Shown: positions 47,931 through 60,828 of the stretch, one piece after another
Layout: each line of letters starts with the position of its first letter
Position numbering within the stretch: position 1 is the stretch's first letter
Source: Zootoca vivipara
Lineage: Eukaryota
DNA: 64,000 nt
NCBI RefSeq assembly: GCF_963506605.1
Contig: NC_083288.1
Span: 29,760,001 to 29,824,000, forward strand
Direction of reading: 5' to 3'
The notes under the pieces: model-generated
The model's input: only the letters and a program-made list of their open reading frames with translations
The model's database searches: none
What the model was told of the DNA's origin: nothing
Made by a program: the position numbers and the translations under genes

Positions 47931-48669
47931 CAAACAATTATACAAACTAGACAAATAACACACTGGAACATAAGATGGCACTCACACTCCACTATACAGT
48001 AAGGAAGAATCGAAACTTGTTTACTGCAAAGTTTGATTTTCCTCTGTGTACACTTTGCCCAATTGGGAAATAATGTATTGAACCTATCTTTACCATGTCT
48101 CCTTCCAGTCAGCGTTTTAAAATCAAAAGCCAAACCAAACATATGATATGTGGTCTGTGTAAAAAGTTACAATTATTGGAAATAATAATAATTGAGGAAT
48201 GGATGATTACATAAATAGAAACCCAGTGTTCTGACCCTATGGTGCACCTTGTTGTAGACGTAAAAGACTGAATCAAAGAGTCCAAGTGCTGGGAGAAGGG
48301 AGAAGTGTAGGTTTGACCCAGCTCTACACTCTATGTTAGACTTTGTACAGCTCCTAATAGCTGTCGGCTGTTGGCCATTTCTGACAATATAATCACACTG
48401 AAAGACTGAATGGATATATTGAGGCAGGGATCATATCCAATGGTCCCACCCTGACTGAATGTGTTTTCCAGTTCTGCAGCACTTCATCCATATTAGAAGC
48501 TCATGGAATAAATAGCCTGCCTAGGTTTGAAAAACCTGAGACTACTTAAATTTATGTTAACTTAGAGTCTTCCTGTAAGTTAACATATCATCAAAGTAGA
48601 ATTCTGCGGAAAGAGTAGACTGTGTTGACTTCTCTGGCAGTTGAAGAACAGTTCTATAAATACTGAGTC

Positions 48670-49697
48670 TTGTTTTCAGCCTTTTTGCCCTTCAAGGCCC
48701 CCAAGCCCTTCCCTCGTAAATAACTTCCCCCTACACATAAGTTTTAGTTATTGGGAAAAATTTTAAGCCGCAGCTTTATTAATTACAGCAAAATGAGTGG
48801 TATTGGCTTAGGCCCTGGCAACAGACTATAACTGACTCCTGCCTCCCTGGCTGGTACTCTGAAATGGTAAACACCAAACGAGGGAGCAACATTGATGAAG
48901 ATCAACCGAAGCTTACCCCAGGGTTCCTGTGTTCCTGGAATGGCCCTAGACCCTCAAGTGGACTTTGGACAAGATCCAGGACCCCCAGATTCCGTTACCG
49001 GAATACCCTATTTCTGGAGGGGCAGGTGACGGCAGCACCTCCCCTCCCACACACTTCAATAAGCCTTACAAAGTTGTGATGATTGCTAAGGGGGTAGGCG
49101 AAAACCAAGTGGCCAGTGCCAATTTGCCAAATGGAAAAAATTCCTAACTAGCCCCTGCTCCAAAGCAAGTGACCCAATCCAAAGCAAGGCCAAAGCATGA
49201 CCTAAAATTAGGGAGGGAGGGTGTTCGCCAGTGAGAAGCAAGTGCCCCCAATCTCATCACGCTGCCGCTTTTATAGGCCCCAGGAATCATGCCGCTTGCC
49301 AAAACAGCCTGGCGTGATCCCAGGGCCTAACGGTTAAGCATAGCTGCCAAGTGCCCCGTTTTCCCTGGGAACCCCCCAGGGGTTTCCTTACCGTTTCCTG
49401 CAGGTGTCCCGAATAGCAAAATACCCCATATTCCCCCGGATTACGGAGCCCCTGCCAGCAGCCATGTTCTTCTGGTGCTGTGCCAGCACTACAAGTCGCT
49501 TCTACGCACTTCCGGACATGCATAGAAGCAATTTCCGGTGCCGCGGCACTGCTGATCCCGGATTTTTCAATCCGGAACTTAGCACCTATGCGGTTAAGGC
49601 TTCGGTCACACCTAGCCACAACCCACCCTGTGTGGGTGTCCCGGGGGCCCGAGCGCAACCAGGACCCTTGTTAAGGAGGATCCCATTTATTGCACAA
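48670..49697 (-). mobile_element. LTR-like element with nested CATAG MITE
   Basis: AATAAA and TATA on the minus strand; homology to 45510-46730 and 50062-50845; left boundary approximate. Confidence 0.6.
49339..49590. mobile_element. hAT-type MITE, CATAG family
   Basis: 8-bp TSD cggttaag at 49331-49338 and 49591-49598. Confidence 0.88.
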
Positions 49698-50061
49698 TTT
49701 CACATTGTGTAATCTTATATACAAGTAAATGTATGTGATGCACACACATTTTAAAAAGCTGGACATGATGGCTTCCATTTTTATTTTTTAAATATATTTT
49801 CCATAAGAAAGCTTCCCATAAAAATGAAAATAGTAGGTTTTTAAAAATGAATAATCTGTTCAACATTCTAAAACCCACAATTCCTGCCAGAATTCAAATA
49901 ATGTGGAAGCCAATGTATACTGAAGCACTAAGGGCTCATCCACAGTTCTGTTTGTGCTGCAATTTCTAGGCACAGGTTCGAGTGTTGTTGTTTTTGTCCT
50001 GCCACTTTCCCTGGGAAAACCTGCTGTTTAAATGGGTTCTCCATTCATGGAGAGCACCAGT

Positions 50062-50845
50062 TGCGGAAGGGTTAACAGGACAACCCCAAGGTTAGCTGGG
50101 ATGGTTAGGCAAGATGGCCACTGGGTGACTGGGCATATTTTCTGTTGCTGGGGGGAAAGTCATGTTGCAAGTTTGATTGCTAGCCATAGCCTTTATAAAC
50201 TCTAGCATACTGCGTCTGGGTTTCACTTTTGCCAAGAGTAACGGATCTCCTGCCCGCCCACCCTCTTTAAGGGCTTTGTGCGTTTGACATTGCTGTGCCT
50301 GTCATGGGGTTGTCTGCTTTGGAGCAGGGGCCTGGTAGGAATTTTGTCCATTTGGCTGATTGGCTGTTGCCTTTTGGTTTTTGCCTACTGTGTAGCAAAT
50401 TGTCACAACTGGTAAGGTTGGCGGTTAGGCATTGGTTAAAAATTTGGTTGGTGGAGGGGTATGGAAAGGCTGGGCCTATCCCTCAAAATTGCGGTGTATA
50501 GAGGTATTCCATTAAAGGAATCCTGGGGCTCGGAGGGCTGTTGTCAGTACCCCTGCAAGGGGATTTGCCCATACAAGAGGAAAGAGCCTTGGGGAACATT
50601 CGGGGAGAGGTATAGGGCCTGTCGCACAGCTCCAGCCTCTCTCAGCCTCGCTAGATGGCTAGCGGAAGTCAGTGTTGATCCGTCCCAGGGTGGGGGACAG
50701 ATGGATTAACCAATGCCTAAGCAACCACTCACTATTGGTTGTATTTTAAATAAAGTTGTGGCCAAAATAATGCCAAAAACCTTGGACTTAAATTTGGTGT
50801 GATGTGTGAATTTCTTGGGGGGTTGTACTGTGACCTCGACACGCA
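50062..50845 (+). mobile_element. Solo LTR-like element
   Basis: TGCG...CGCA termini, TATA (tttataaa ~50193), AATAAA ~50748, flanks accagt/accact. Confidence 0.65.
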
Positions 50846-50981
50846 ACCACTGAATCAGAACAAGCATCAATCAGGTTTCCCCCTTGATTGACATTTGTTC
50901 TGATTCATTGGTAAAAGAAGCAAACTGCAACTCCTAGTTTTCATAATAGAAAATAATACATTTTTAATTCTGTTTATGAAG

Positions 50982-51203
50982 TTACAGGTAGGTAGTCGTG
51001 TTGGTCTGATGTAGTTGAAACAAAAATTAAAAAAAAATTCCTTCCAGTAGCACCTTAGAGACCAACTAAGTTTGTCATTGGTATGAGTTTTCGTGTGCAT
51101 GGTTTCTGTTTCAGTGTATCTGAAGAAGTGTGCATGCACACAAAAGCTCATACCAATGACAAACTTAGCCTCTAAGGTGCTACTGGAAGGAATTTTTTTT
51201 TTG
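50982..51203. mobile_element. Penelope-like palindromic mini-element (second copy; hammerhead core mutated)
   Basis: 14-bp TSD ttctgtttatgaag at 50968-50981 and 51204-51217; gtat-CTGAAGA-a-GTGTGCATGCACAC-aAAA-GCTC-atac at 51116-51153. Confidence 0.82.
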
Positions 51204-51588
51204 TTCTGTTTATGAAGATAGTCTTGAAATTGCAATGGCCATATCTGGTGAAATCTTGGGGATCCCAGATAATATGTCCAGTGGTAAAGTCTTTAGTGCC
51301 ATGCAGAACTTCTTGTCCAACCCATGACTAGAAAACCAAGACAAATTAATTCAATAATAAAAGACAAAACCACACACACTTTGCAAAATACACATCATGC
51401 CTACAGATCACTGGCCACTTCAAGATGACCTGTTTATTGAACATTCATCCTAAATTGTTTGCACAAAGTCTGCTGGGAGTTTAGGCATGTATTTTGGGGG
51501 TGGGGGTGGGGTGGAAGGTTATAGAGTATTGCACCAAGAAAGTTGTATCCCATATTTTACAGAGTATTTGTAAGTGAAACTGCATAAT

Positions 51589-52512
51589 TTATTTTATATT
51601 TATAACCCTCCAAAGTGCTGTCTTGATATCTTTATTCCTGATGCTATAAATAATGGGATTCATGAAAGGTGGAATGATTGAATATATCACTGCAAGCATC
51701 AGCCCCATGTCTGAGGAGGACCTACCAGTAGATGTTTGTCCCAAGTAAGCAATGCTTCCAGTGAAGAAAAATAAAAAAAGGACAATGAGATGGGGAAGGC
51801 AAGTGGAGATGGCTTTTTCCCTTCCTTGTACAGAGGGGATCCTCAACACTGCTTTTAAAATCTGCAGATAGGAAATAATTATGAATCCAAAACATCCCAT
51901 GCTCAACACTGAACAAAATATGACAGCTCCTCCTTCAAAAATGTATGAGTTGGAGCATGAGAGCTGGAGAAGCTGTGGGATTTCACAGAAAAACTGGTTT
52001 ATGACATTAGAGCAAAAAATGATTCCAAATGTGCAGCTAGCATGCAAAACAGCATATAAAAGACCAACGAGCCACACACTAACTACCATTTGAATGCAGG
52101 ATATTTTGTTCATAAGTAGCTCATATTGCAGTGGGTTGCAAATGGCAATGTATCGATCATAGGCCATGACTGTCAGGAGGAAGAACTCGGAAGATGCAAA
52201 AAAAACAAAGAAGAAGACCTGAGCCACACATTCAGAATACGTAATGTGCCTGGTGCCCAGTATGGTGTTAGCTATAGCTTTGGGAATGGTGACTGAGATG
52301 TAACCAAGGTCGACAGCAGATAAATTCACCAGGAAAAAGTACATTGGAGTATGAAGATATTGGTTGAGTGCCACAACATTGATCACCAGCAGATTTCCAA
52401 CCACAGCTGTCAGGTAGATAATGAAAAATGTCACAAAGCATACAATCTGCAGTTCTCGAATTTCAGAGAATTCCAAGAGAAGAAAACCTGTCATAGTGCT
52501 TTGGTTGAACAT
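51589..52512 (-). CDS. Olfactory receptor, OR14-like (307 aa), more divergent
   Basis: NQS, LHTPMYFFL, MAYDRYIAICNPLQY, KAISTCLPHL, PFMNPIIYSIRN; acceptor cccttctctgacAG ~52541. Confidence 0.96.
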   Translation of the reverse strand: MFNQSTMTGFLLLEFSEIRELQIVCFVTFFIIYLTAVVGNLLVINVVALNQYLHTPMYFFLVNLSAVDLGYISVTIPKAIANTILGTRHITYSECVAQVFFFVFFASSEFFLLTVMAYDRYIAICNPLQYELLMNKISCIQMVVSVWLVGLLYAVLHASCTFGIIFCSNVINQFFCEIPQLLQLSCSNSYIFEGGAVIFCSVLSMGCFGFIIISYLQILKAVLRIPSVQGREKAISTCLPHLIVLFLFFFTGSIAYLGQTSTGRSSSDMGLMLAVIYSIIPPFMNPIIYSIRNKDIKTALWRVINIK

Positions 52513-52638
52513 TTCCTTATTGTTATTCAGTAATGCACCCCTGTCAGAGAAGGGAAGACATAAATGGGATGGTGGTGTCCTGAAATGTATCTCAATAGAG
52601 GTTCCATATGCATGTTTTAAAAATTGAACAATGGTTAA

Positions 52639-52970
52639 AGGTAAAGGGACCCCTGACCGTTAAGTCCACTTGTGAACGACTCTGTGGTTGTGGTGCTCAT
52701 CTCACTTTACTGGCCGAGGGAGCCACTGTTTGTCCACAGACAGTGGCCAGCATGACTAAGCCACTTCTGGCGAAACCAGAGCAGCACAAGGAAACACCGT
52801 TTACCTTCCCACCGGAGCGGTACCTATTTATCTACTTGCACTTGACATGCTTTCAAACTGCTAGGTTGGCAGGAGCAGGGAACCCACTCCATCATGGGGA
52901 TTCAAACTGCCGACCTTCTGATCGGCAAGCCCTAGGCTCTGTGATTTAGGCTATAGTGTCGCCCATGTCC
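52639..52970 (-). mobile_element. Sauria SINE in the OR upstream intron
   Basis: 15-bp TSD ttgaacaatg(g/a)ttaa at 52624-52638 and 52971-52985. Confidence 0.9.
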
Positions 52971-54656
52971 TTGAACAATGATTAATTCTGCCTAAATGCA
53001 ATATTTGAGCATGCTTATGAGGACAGTAAATGAGTCAAATGGGTCATGTTGACTTTCTTAAGATACACATAATATCACCACCACCACCACCACCACCCCA
53101 AAAAACCCACGGAATATATATTTAGGAACTGGTGACATGTAAACTCATTTATATTCACTGTTTGGCTTATCAAATAGCAGAACATTAATAAACAAATTAT
53201 GTGGTTGGCATCCTTCAAGTATTTTGAAAAACAAAGATTAGCAAGGCAAGGGGTAATATCCGACAGAAGACATAATGCTGATTAGATTGTGTTTGTGCAA
53301 ATACTGCTGCAGTTAGCAACCCAACAGCCAGAATGGACTGTTCTAGAAACAGGGCATGTACTTTTCAATTAATTGCATATAACAATAGAGCCTACACCAG
53401 GGGCAGCCAATGTGGTGCTCTCCATCAGATCCTTGGACTCCAGGTCTCGACATTGCTGACCATTGGCTATGCTGGCTGAGTCTGGTGAGACCTAGAGTCC
53501 AACAACATAAGGAGGCAACCATACTGGTGATTCCTACTCTATACGGTTATGATCACAGGTAATGTTACAAATGTTCTAAGCAGTATTGCCAACCTGGAGG
53601 GCAAGTCTTGCCGTCTTCTCTACAAACAAGGTCTTAGTACTTTTACACACCAAAAAATCCATAAGGCTGCAACCCTATACCCACTTACCTGGGAATAAGT
53701 CCTGTATTGAACAGTAACTAAATCCATGGTAAGCTTCTTATGTTTGACCTTATCCATACAAAGCATACTTTAACACAGAACTGAGACTCATCCCACAAAG
53801 AACAGCAGCAAACAAGGATATAGATAAAACATTTGAGGAAAAGATGGTGGTGTGGGACGATAAAAGCAGAATATTTAATACCAATTACCCAGTCATTAGA
53901 TGTCATCCCTAACAGGATATTGACTATAAAGATTCAAGAAGGCATTTAGGCCAGTATAGTTATTATTCCTTTTAAGGAAGGGACTTCCATCCAAAGTCAT
54001 AGACAGATGTCTGAGTAATTCCACTGGAAGAAATTTAAGTCCAACACCTGACAAAAAAAGAAAAGAAAATCATAGTGGATGAAAGAATGATTTTAAGAAA
54101 AAGAACAACACTGTCTATACAATTATTAAATAATCCCCTGTGGTTTTGGCTGTAACTGTTTCTTTATACATTTCTCTACTAGCTAGTTATGTTATTCCAA
54201 AACAGGCATTTCCCTGGCCTAATCCCCAAATATCAGTTTTTTTGTGCACACCTTTGTCTCACATTGTCAGATGATTTGTCAGTCATCACCACAGTAAATC
54301 TGTTCACCGCTCACTCTTTCTCACAGTGAAGGTCTATCGCTCACATATTGTCCGTTTTCCTGTCTCCTTCTAGTTGTCTGTGGCTGTATAATCTGCAAAA
54401 TCCTAGTTATTTAGCTAGTCATTCTTCTAGTTTCTCTGAAATGGAAATCTGCAATTGTTTGCCAGAAGTTCATGTATCTGGCTCAAAGGTAAGATGACGT
54501 CCGAAGGACGCTTTTGTAGGAAGCTTTATGTGTAGCTTTTCTAAGTTGGCCTCTGGAGATAGGCTGACATGAGTCCAATCAAATACAACAGCAGTGTCTC
54601 TGAGGGAATTCTAAATATATTTAAATGGCTAGAGAATTAAAGTAATGTTAGTGATA

Positions 54657-54802
54657 NNNNNNNNNNNNNNNNNNNNNNNNNNNNNNNNNNNNNNNNNNNN
54701 NNNNNNNNNNNNNNNNNNNNNNNNNNNNNNNNNNNNNNNNNNNNNNNNNNNNNNNNNNNNNNNNNNNNNNNNNNNNNNNNNNNNNNNNNNNNNNNNNNNN
54801 NN
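54657..54802. other. Assembly gap (146 N)
   Basis: Run of n. Confidence 1.
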
Positions 54803-55334
54803 GGCTACAGACCTGGCTCCCATTTTTAGTTTTATGGTTCACTCCTCAAACTAGAACTAGACGGAAGTTGTCCTGAGTGCAAGTAATAGTGCATTCCCCT
54901 CACTGAATAGCTAGCAAGAGTCCCCTATTTCCAGAGACTTTAAGCAGGGCTTCTAGATCACAGTGGTATTTCTACACATATTTGAGACCTGACAACAACT
55001 ACTACTTCCTCCTTACTAGAAATTAAACATTGACAATAACCAGCTCAGATGAGAGAAATTAAAGGCAACTGCTACTAAGTAGACTAGGACAGGGAAGGAA
55101 ATGGTGGGCAGGTGAGTTATGTTGTCATCAGTTTTTGAATGTAATTTTTCAAAACATTTTTTTAGCCTAGTAATCTTAGCAAGGTGAGAGCATTGGCAAT
55201 CAATATTATGTGTTAGTTGTTTAAAAATAAGATATATTTTATTTTTAAGGATTAGGTTGCAATTTAGCCTCATAGTAAGCTGTGTAGCACAGCAAATAAC
55301 ACCTACTTGACTTGCAAATACAGGTATAATCTGG

Positions 55335-55700
55335 TTGTTGTTGTTTAGTCATTTAGTCGTGTCCGACTCTTCGTGACCCCATGGACCAGAGCACGCCAGG
55401 CACTCCTGTCTTGCACTGCCTCCCGCAGCTTGGTCAAACTCATCTTAGTAGCTTTGAGAATACTGTTCAACCATCTCGTCCTCTGTCGTCCCCTTCTCCT
55501 TGTGCCCTCCATCTTTCCCAGCATCAGGGTCTTTTCCAGGGAGTCTTCTCTTCTCATGAGGTGGCCAAAGTATTGAAGCCTCAGCTTCAGGATCTGTCCT
55601 TCCAGTGAGCACTCGTGGCTGATTTCCTTCAGAATGGATAGGTTTGATCTTCTTGCAGTCCATGGGACTATCAAGAGTCTCCTCCAGCACCATAATTCAT
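55335..55700 (-). mobile_element. BovB (RTE) LINE 3' fragment
   Basis: PWTARRSN.SILKEIS...LQYFGHLMRR..SLEKTLMLGK.EG.RRRGRQR..WRALVHGVTKSRTRL; (CAA)n tail. Confidence 0.95.
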
Positions 55701-56011
55701 AATATTATATTAGATAAAATCTGGTAGACTATACCTATTTCAAGAGGTGTAAATTTTCATTAAAACTCAAGCAGGCTCAAACAGGAGTATTATAAAACAA
55801 AGAACTTTATGTAAACAAGTTTTGGTTAACTCTCTCACCCTCCTGCTCTTTGTCTAAACTTTCTGTGCTAAGTACTTTCTGGCAGCTGTTCCCATAACCT
55901 GTGTCTTCTCTCTTCTCTTTAGAGATTTTCCCTATCATAACCACAACCCAGACCATTGGGGCTTTGTAGGTCAAAACTAGCACTTTGAATTCAGTCTGGG
56001 AGTTTTTGCAT

Positions 56012-56059
<48 letters not shown>

Positions 56060-56379
56060 TGTTAGCAAATAAAGCTGCTTCTGGATAGGTGAAGTAGTGA
56101 TGAATGGGTTGCTGCTCTTCAAAAGGTAGGGCACCACATTCTGTAGTTGATGAAGTTTCTCAAAGCACCATATAAAAGTGTGCTACCATTCTCCCCTCTT
56201 TGGATTTGTCCCAGAAGACCATTAGGATAAGTCCTATCTCACCTCCCCCTTTCTATTTTATTCCAAAGAAGTAGGATTTGACAAGACTGCCCAATGCAAC
56301 AGGCTGTTGTGGAGAATGGGTTTGTATCACCTCACATACTAGTGACATCTTCCCTCACCATTTTAATACTGATGCTGAG

Positions 56380-56958
56380 GAAGAGTTATTTGAAATGGGG
56401 TTGTACTCCCTTGGAGGAGTCCACCTGGATCCATCTTGGTCATTGGAAGACCAATGACTTCCATGGCTAAGGGTGCCATTACACCAACTTTAAGTGTTAA
56501 GTCAGCTATGGTAACTTCTGGACTGGAATAGCTTGACTATTGGTGTCCATGTAGAGATAGCCTTCATATTGGATTACTGTAATGTGCTCTATGTGAGGTT
56601 GCCCATGAGGCTGACTCAGAAGCTTCATAAAATTTCTGAACTTGATGGTTCACTTAAGCAGAAATAGACAGCTGCTAAAAGAATTGTGCTTGCTGAAAAT
56701 TATCTACCAGGCTAAGGTCCTGGTACAGATATGGAGAGACAAAACCTATGCAGCTATGGGACACAATGTCCCATTCCTAATGGGTCACTGTGCTCATTAG
56801 AAGAGGGTATCCTGAAGGTACCAGCTCATTAGGATATCCATTTCCTATACAATATAGGCACCTATCTTTTGGAGGCACCTATCTTTTGGAAGTTCTTCCT
56901 TTTATATATTAGATGTCACTTCTATTGTCCTTTGGGGCCTGTTCATCCTTCAACAAGC

Positions 56959-57004
<46 letters not shown>

Positions 57005-57190
57005 TCTGAAATTTGTATACCACTCTTCATCCAAAGCTCTCAGGGTGGTTCACAGTATAAAAAGATAGAAACACAAAATACATAATAAAAACAAGAAGGA
57101 AAACAAAACATACCAATACCCTCCCATAAATACATATAAAAGGATATTGGATGTTAATCAGCCAAAGACTTGGTTGAAGAGGAATGTGTT
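56380..57190. mobile_element. Degenerate L2 fragments tail-to-tail around (ATT)n
   Basis: ttggattactgtaatgtgctctatg (LDYCN.LY) on +; L2-like 3' end on the minus strand at 56960-57190. Confidence 0.55.
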
Positions 57191-58314
57191 CCTGCATTGC
57201 ATTTCAAATTGTTTTTATATATGTAATCATTTTGTCAATGGAGTGGCTAATTCTGCTGAGCCTGTCTGTTCGCAGGTAGGGAGCTTCTTGAATCAAACGC
57301 AACCAAGGAATATACAAAGCAAGGCAAGCCAAAATAGGCTCTGTTCTTTATTTCTGCTGCACATCAGGTACCCAAAGGTACCGTCCCAAAGTACAAAGTC
57401 TTTTATACATTTCTATAATTAGCATTTAATTAACAAATTATGCCAAAGCCTGGTACATCCTAACACATGCATATATACTTATAGTATTTGTTATAACTCT
57501 TTAGCCATTGTCAACTTTACACAAACACAAGGTTCATAGAAGTATTTCCGTACAGGGCAAGTTGACAGGGCAAGTCAGCAACCATCAGCCAATACAGTAA
57601 ACAGAGCTGGCAAACGTTGGTACATTTTAAACAAACAAACAAACAAACAAATCAACAGCAAAACTTCCCATCATTCTATTACAAACCTAGGGTCCCAAAA
57701 AAATTGCAGTGCAAAGGCATTTCCTTCACAAGTCTGTGATACACTTTATTCCTGCAATTTTATATACGATATGTGTTTTGTTGTATGGTAAAATAGATTT
57801 GAAATGCTTCGTAGGAAACAATTTTTCAAATAATAAATAAATAAATGCATAATACTTACATATAAATATGATGCTTTTTTGCTTTGTGATCAGTTTAATT
57901 TAAACTTCAATTTTGCAAACATAATTTGATGTCTATGTAAAGATTGATTGGCTCAGCTGAGCTAGTGTAATAGAATGAGCCTGCTTTCATGAAACAAAGC
58001 GAATTTTGATTCTGCATCAAGGAATCAGAGCAGGGACTGACTTGAAAGGTTATCTTGCTCAAGGTCTTGCTGTAGCAGGAAACCAGTCTATACATAAAAA
58101 CGTCTAAGACTCTTGTTCATCACCTTCTGAAAAACATCTGTATGACTACTGAACAGTTGATACTATTGGGAACATTCGTAATGCTTAATAATAAAAAGTG
58201 CTCTTCAAATTTGAATATGTTAGTTCAGTTTTGCCTTGTAAAGCAGCCCTTAGCTGAATATATGTAACTTATGCAAACTTTCCTCATCAGACTTACAGTT
58301 TCCTATCATTAGAG

Positions 58315-59307
58315 TTATATACAGAATTTACATTTACATAATCGGCTGGGAAAGGTATTCATAGAGGAGTGTCTTAAACCCAACAGCTTTGACAGAGAAT
58401 TTTTAATTTCCTTATTTCTCATGCTGTAGATTACTGGATTCATCAAGGGTGGAACCATGGAATACATCACTGTAAATGCCAAATTAAGGTGTGGTGGGCT
58501 ATTAAATATGGGCTTAAGGTAAGCAAAATATCCAGTGAATACAAATAGGGAGCAAACCATGAGATGTGGAAGGCAAGTTGAGAAGGCCTTTTGCCTCCCT
58601 TCACTAGAGGGGATTTTCAACACTGAGCTGAATATGTACACATAAGTTACAACGATGAAAATGAAGCAGCCTAACGCAATGACTAAACTGAATGCAAGAA
58701 CTCCAATTTCAAGTAGGTACAAATCAGAGCAAGTCAGTTTAAGTAACTCTGGGACTTCACAGAAAAACTGATTGACCAGATTGGAACAAAAAGGGGGTGC
58801 AAACGTGCACCCAGTATGTAACACTCCATAGAAAAAGCTGATGATCCATACACTAGTGATCATTTGGGTACAGACCTGCCTATTCATCAACATCTCATAT
58901 TGTAACGGTTTGCAAATGGCAATGTACCGATCATATGCCATGACTGTAAGGAGGAAGAAATCTGATGCTATGAAGAAGAGAAAAAAGAGGACTTGAGCAA
59001 CACATCCCGGATTAGAAATGTACCTTGTATTTAAGATGGTATTGGCCATGGATTTCGGCATAATGACTGAAACTGAGCCAAGGTCTTGTAAGGCCAAGTT
59101 CATCAGAAAGAAGTACATGGGGGTGTGCAGGTGATGGTCAAAGGCTACTGCAGAGATGATGAGAATATTTCCTGTAAGTGCTGCCAGATAAAAAGCAAGG
59201 AACACAACAAAGTATAAAATCTGTAGCTCCCGAAGCTCTGAGAATTCTAGAAGAAGAAATCCTGACAGAGAGGACTGATTAACTATGATTTGCTCCATCA
59301 CAATCAT
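58315..59307 (-). CDS. Olfactory receptor, OR14-like (330 aa; start could be Met4)
   Basis: NQS, LHTPMYFFL, MAYDRYIAICKPLQY, KAFSTCLPHL, PLMNPVIYSMRN; acceptor ctttcttccacAG 4 nt before the ATG. Confidence 0.96.
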   Translation of the reverse strand: MIVMEQIIVNQSSLSGFLLLEFSELRELQILYFVVFLAFYLAALTGNILIISAVAFDHHLHTPMYFFLMNLALQDLGSVSVIMPKSMANTILNTRYISNPGCVAQVLFFLFFIASDFFLLTVMAYDRYIAICKPLQYEMLMNRQVCTQMITSVWIISFFYGVLHTGCTFAPPFCSNLVNQFFCEVPELLKLTCSDLYLLEIGVLAFSLVIALGCFIFIVVTYVYIFSSVLKIPSSEGRQKAFSTCLPHLMVCSLFVFTGYFAYLKPIFNSPPHLNLAFTVMYSMVPPLMNPVIYSMRNKEIKNSLSKLLGLRHSSMNTFPSRLCKCKFCI

Positions 59308-59494
59308 GTTGCTGTGGAAGAAAGCAGAACAAAGTGGTTAAAGGGTTTTTTATTTTTATTTTTAAAGAATAGGATGTCAAGAAAGAGTCCTGCACTGTCT
59401 GCAAAAGAAGATGGTATGGTTCCAGACTTGATTTACAGTGTCCCTTCTAACCTATTGCAGTGATAATTTGTGACAACATAGATAAGAACAGAAT

Positions 59495-59957
59495 TCTGTT
59501 ACTGCTTGGTATGGTACAGCCTCCAAGACACACACAAAAAGGGCTCCAACAAGCTGTAAGAATTGCAGAAATGGTAATTGGTGCTAGCTTGCCTACAATA
59601 GAGACAATCTATGCTACCAGAGTTAAGAAGAGAACAGAGAGAATTGCAGCAGATCCTTCACATCCCGGTCATCATCTGCTAGATTTACTCCCACCTGGAC
59701 GTCGCTACAGGTCTTCATATACAAAATTGGCCAGGCACAGGAACAGTTTTTCCCCCTGTGCCATTAAATTGTTAAATTTGTAGATGTGTAGCTGAAGGGG
59801 AGGTCGATTATGGGTGGGTTTCTTTGCTTATTTGTATTGTGAGTGGAACAATGTGTGTATGTTTACATTGCAATGTAGCCAAAACAAATTCCAAGTATTA
59901 TAAAATGTACTTGGCCAATAATAAATTATTCTATTCTATTCTATTCTATTCTATTCT
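59495..59957 (+). mobile_element. Rex1/Babar-like LINE 3' fragment
   Basis: DPSHPGHHLLDLLPPGRRYRS...RHRNSFSP.AIKLLN; AATAAA plus (CTATT)n tail. Confidence 0.85.
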
Positions 59958-60828
59958 AATGTATCATATGATTTCCCTAAAATCAAGATTTTCTCTTATG
60001 CACTGCATGAGCAGTGAAGACCTGTGCTGTCTGCAAGTTTTTCATAAATAAGTAAGTAAATAAATAAATAAATGGTGCACCAACCCTGCAAGAAGTGGGT
60101 TCAAAAGACTGGAAGAACATTGGAGCAATTCACATTAGAGGAATCCCAACCATGCTAACAGTATTAACAAGCAACAAAAATTAGGCTTCGGTCAGAGTTC
60201 TTGATAGGCAAAACTTGGCATTTTGTGGTACAGCTGAAAAATTGTACACTGCTATCAAATGTTGTTGTTTTTTGAAGTTTTTGGAATATCTAGAATAAAA
60301 ATACAAAATGAGAACATAAAATAGTATGGACAAAGGGAAGCTTGGACTTGTGAACAGCACAAAGAAAAAAAAGTATATTGTGACTGGCATGAATGAAAAG
60401 TATAGAAACACAAAAACAGACAAAACACACGTTGATGTACTTTGTGTTGTTCTAGCCATGAAAAGAGAAAGAGAGTTGCACAAAGAGAGAGTTACAAAGT
60501 GACTATATGTGGAAGAGAGAATATGGCAGAGAAATAGAGAGGAGGAGAGGGGACATAGAGTTGAAGGGATTTATTATTTTCATTGCAAGTGCAATTGAGA
60601 AAATGAGTATAAGCAGCTTACTATTATTCTTCATAGATTTCTCTCCACTTCAGATTCTGTTTCATTGCATTGAAATTAAATGACTGCATATCTATTGAGC
60701 CATACGTGCAATTTTATAAAAATCTTCCTATGCTTGGATCTACTATGATGACAATAAACATTTGTCAACATGGGGAGGAGATTTCTTAACAACTCTTCAG
60801 TCTTTCTGGAGATTTGCTCCCACAGGAA

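Noticed and set aside
54629-54854. ORFs spanning X runs
   Set aside because: Artefacts of the N gap
57260-57730. Possible minus-strand solo LTR
   Set aside because: TATA- and AATAAA-like signals are present, but termini and TSD are not convincing by eye
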